A stretch of DNA of 64,000 nt from assembly GCA_977018835.1 (NCBI GenBank), contig OZ361256.1:310001-374000 (forward strand). The letters are read 5' to 3'. Origin of the DNA: Minutocellus sp. GHC0000111. Lineage: Eukaryota. The position numbers and the translations under genes are program-made. The notes below the pieces were generated by a model. It was not told the origin of the DNA. It ran no database searches and was given only the letters and a program-made list of their open reading frames with translations. Positions 60,136-64,000 of this stretch are shown one piece after another (within the stretch, counting starts at the first letter, position 1; each line of letters opens with the position of its first letter).

Positions 60136-63062
60136 TTATAATTTTCTTCCAACAACATATGTGAGCCATATTGGATCGAAATGCTCGTCTTTCACTTTGA
60201 GCTTGTCGGCTGGTTTTTTGCATATGTCATATCCGACGTCCAAGACCTCAAAGCCACGATCTGTTAGGAGTGACGTGAGGGCTTCGTGAGAGAAACGATA
60301 ATTATCGTCGGGAGTTGCGTGATATTGGTAGCTCCAGGGAACCAAGTGAAGCGTCAGACCCCCTTTCTTGGTGATCCGGGCAATGGTATCGAATGCTTCC
60401 CAAGGTCGTACAGCGTGCTCAAGAACAGTGAAGCTAAATGTAACATCGTACCCACAGTCATTGGCCTCTGGACAATCGTCGATGTCACAAACAATGGCAT
60501 TGCTCAACTTCTTGGCGGCGGGATCAGAATCAAGGACCCAATACTCTAATGGGCCAGCAAAATGGGCAAACTTGGAAGTAACTTGCGTCATACCGGAAGC
60601 GACCGATCCTGTTCCTCCAATGTCAAGGAACTTGCCGTCCTCGGAATAGTTGGATGGGTAGGTTCGGTAGAAATCTGTTAAATGCTTGGCAAAGGAAGTC
60701 AGATAGTTGCCAAACAGATCTTTGCTCAATTGTAGATATCCAGTCTTCTAGTGTTGCGATTCGCCTGTAGGTCTTCCCAGTATTCGAGGCCCTTATCGCA
60801 ACAGTACCAGGAGGAGAGGCACTCCTGCTTCTGGCCGCCATCCTTGCCCTGACCGGTCATCAAAACGGAATCTATTCCAATCTCCATGGCTTTTGTGGAG
60901 GCATCTCCAATAGACGGAACGGCGGAGCATTTTGATTGAGGCTGGTACCCGCCAGCAGTTCTTGTCGTAATTGGTAGTGATCGAGAAGGGGACACGGCAT
61001 TATTCATCTTGGTTCCCTCTCCATTCTTTTGAAGGACGACCATTCGATATGTGATTTTCCCCTGGACCGTCAAGCGTTGACGGACCTTGCTTCCCAACCA
61101 TCCCTGTTGTGCCCTTCCGAGCTCATCTTTCAACTCGGGGGCTTGGTTTCGATAATTCAGCTTGATTACTTCGTACTCGCTGCCAATGTCACGGTCGCGG
61201 ACAATCTTCATATTACTCTTCGTTGCAAAGTCGGCAATTTCTTTGGTCGAATGAACGGAATTAGCAATCCAAGATCGCGCAAAGAGGTCAACATCAGGGT
61301 CGTCACGAGATGTGCCTACAGAGAGGAAATCGTCGATGAGCACAATGACACCGCCGGGTTCTAATGCATCTGACCAGGCTAGAATAGATTTGAAGAGATT
61401 GGGCGAGTGAATGGCGGCCTCGATACTGTAAACAGCATCAAACTTGGTTTCTCCGCCAGTAAGAGGTTCGTCATAGGTGTGCAACTTGGCCATAAATTGG
61501 TGCTCGGGTAAGTCCTCAGAAATCCATTTGAATTGTTCCTCTGAGATGGTGTGCCCCACCATCGCCCAGTTCGGTTCATTCTGCTCAAACCACATCAGTC
61601 CAGCACCGAGTCCGCAACCCGCATCAAATACTCGCAACGATGTGGTAGAGGCCCCTGCTGAATGAGGAGGAAGTTCTCCGAGGACGGATTCATATATTGC
61701 CGAACGTATAAGCTTGTAGTGCTCCAGCGTGCTGTGCTTCGGACCCATCCAACGATGAACGGCATATGAGGTGATCACATTCGGCTTGCGTTTGGCGTGC
61801 TCATCTTGCTCGAGCTTATTGTAGTACTCGCCAAGGTTGCCATCGAACCACTTCCAGTCCTTATCTGCTTTCATCGTTTCTGCCAACGCTGCTGCGGTCG
61901 CTTTTATCAACTCATTCGCAGATTCCACATCGGCAGCACTTGCATCGATGGCGCCACACTCGACCAACTTCTTTCGCTCCTCCTCCTTGGTCCGTGCAGC
62001 TGGAACTACTGGTGCTTCAAATCCCTGCTGGTATATAGTCGGACTGCCCCCCTGGCCACCCACGCCGACTGACCAGCTTTCCAATGCGCAAGTGGCATGG
62101 ACCCATTTCGGTGGCAGGTGCATCACTTCTCCCGCCTCTTGTATACAGGCCTGAGCACCCTTGGGAATATCCGCTCTCCCCGTCAGATAATCACACCCAT
62201 TGACTCTGGGCCCAATGGCCTTGTCCTTTGTACGCGGCGGCAAAAGAAACCAGAGGCGTGATCCAGCAACCTGTCCCAACCACGCGGCATCGTGATGATG
62301 AAATGGATAGGAGGATCCCTGCTCCATGGCCGAAAATACTTGAAAGCGAGCTTTCCTGCCCGACCATGCTGGATGATTCTTCAGCGGCTGTGGAAGATCA
62401 TAATCCGATTCGACGGCATCAATAAATGTTGGATTCTCGTAGTCATTGGTAAAGAATAGCAAATCGTCCTTCATCTCTCGAGAGGCATTCCCATTTTCAT
62501 CATTTGCAAATAGTTCCTCCATGATCTTGGTCAATGTAGCCGTGCTGGCCGTGCACTGTTTGCCCTCTCCATCTTTCAGTGGCTGGACATCACCTCTCTT
62601 GGCATACTGAGGATGTGATCCATTCCTGGCAGTGAATTTGGTTCGATCGCTCCACAACGATAGGGCTGGTGGCTCCCAATTGCTCAGTATGGTCGGTCTC
62701 TTCTTGTTCCTGAGAGCCCTGCCGCCACGGCCGTTGTCGGTCAGAGACTGACGAATGGCCGAGCACGATGGTAGCTTTGATGCTGCGTCGGGATGCAGAT
62801 TGAGTAGACTTCGCGGGTTACTTGCTGAGCTACTAGAGCCACCTGAGGCATCCACTCGAAGTCGTTTGTCGGCACTACCGCTACCGCTACGAGCACTTTT
62901 TGTGCTTCCTTTCTCGTGCTCACTTTCCGACGACTGCTGAACGTACAGAATCGCCAAGGCCAAGAGAACGAAGCACGATATGCATCGATTCGGCGAGGAG
63001 GTAAATGTGCGCACCAGCCAGCTGCTGGTGCCGTTGCGAGGGTTGGGGTGGGGGACCCTCAT
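60136..63062 (-). CDS. Type II membrane JmjC/cupin + two SAM-dependent methyltransferase domains (1-nt frameshift near 60755)
   Basis: TM helix. JmjC-like FHHHD..WL.QV.G.R.W.L.P and Q.AGEVMHLPP.W.HAT. MTase 1 VFDAGCGLG/FDAVYSIEA. MTase 2 FLDIGG/LEH...PW/GG...HLVPW..QYH..P.D.YRF. Confidence 0.75.
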
Positions 63063-64000
63063 GGTGCAGGCAGATACCACCGATGAAGAAATCATCAAGA
63101 GCAGGTGGTGCGGTACGTACGTACCTGTGCTTGCCGTGCCGTGCTGTGCTACCTAGGTAGGCCTACATGTAGACTAGCTAGTGCTGCACGTAGGCCGGTG
63201 TTTGTGCAAGTGCGCTCATTCACAGCACAATCTGCCAGCCGGATGACTCGCATACTTTTGGTCGCACTTTCGGTGGCCGGCCGGCGCGCGAAGCAACCGA
63301 CCGGCGCGCCCAACGCGAGCCACCATGGCGGCAAAAATTCAAATTGCCGCCGCTACGTGCAGAACGAAGGCGATGTCTCGCGCTGGTGTGGGAGAATTAC
63401 GGCACGAGACCAACCAGGCACTCCCGACATCCTGGTGATGTTCCCGTTGGTCTCGATCCACAACTCTCCATGAGCAAAAAACCAACGGCCGCAATCCCGC
63501 GGTCAACACCGCAGACAGAATTGCGGTGCAGGACGCCCTGGCTGAACCACTCGTCCGTCTTCGCAGAAAGGAACTTCATTGCTACAATTTCATCGTCAAC
63601 AACAACGACTCCTTGATGAATGTGTTGGGATGCAGTCCCATCATGCACGGCGCCGTCATGTGCACTGCGGGCATCTTGGGTTTGAAGAAGAAGAAACACG
63701 AAGACTGCGATGTGTTTTTGTGAGGACACAACCAGAGAATGGATGGGATGAAATGGCATCAAGACACTGCCTTGCCGACGACGTTCAGCGAACCCCATGC
63801 AAAAGAGCATGTTTGTTCGCCTCGGTTCTGTCAATCCTCGTGCAGCCGACGCTCTCCATGATGATGGATGGATGGATGGCTTTCGACATGGTCACGGTCG
63901 AGCAACAATTTAACCTCGAAATGCCGCCGCCGCGGCTCAATTTGACGAAGGCATGTAATGCATTCCTCAAGTCGGTCGCACCACATGCATCGGTGGGACA

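Noticed and set aside
28835..63062. GDC-P, SAM synthetase and methyltransferases as a one-carbon gene cluster
   Set aside because: They are spread over 35 kb among unrelated housekeeping genes, with no evidence of co-regulation.

Overview
Gene-dense eukaryotic DNA, most likely a diatom or other photosynthetic stramenopile. This is inferred from the short GT-AG introns and the bipartite plastid leaders ending in AAF. About 27 protein genes are recognisable, including a WLM protease, two sulfotransferase-like paralogues, a tandem SpoVS-domain protein, VPS52, Rab GDI, a GT32 glycosyltransferase, Der/EngA, a SNARE, glycine decarboxylase P, aminopeptidase N, a GPR180-like receptor, mannitol dehydrogenase, SAM synthetase, a CELF RNA-binding protein, eRF3 and a JmjC + 2x methyltransferase fusion. 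The dominant accessory feature is three copies of one Tc1/mariner-type DNA transposon (22441-24760, 32219-34077, 42135-44292). The element has ~29-bp imperfect TIRs, TA target duplications, a DD38D triad, a possible HMG-box-like region and a second antisense ORF. One copy sits in a host intron, and another has a 3' deletion that fuses the transposase in frame to a host 7TM gene. Other highlights are an AMSH/USP8-type MIT domain fused to a papain-like Cys-His-Asp domain, and two tandem duplications in one gene that both end at the same AGGA|CATGT motif. Many otherwise intact genes carry single-base frameshifts, so assembly indel error is likely and pseudogene calls are provisional. All family calls come from motif recognition by eye, not from database searches.
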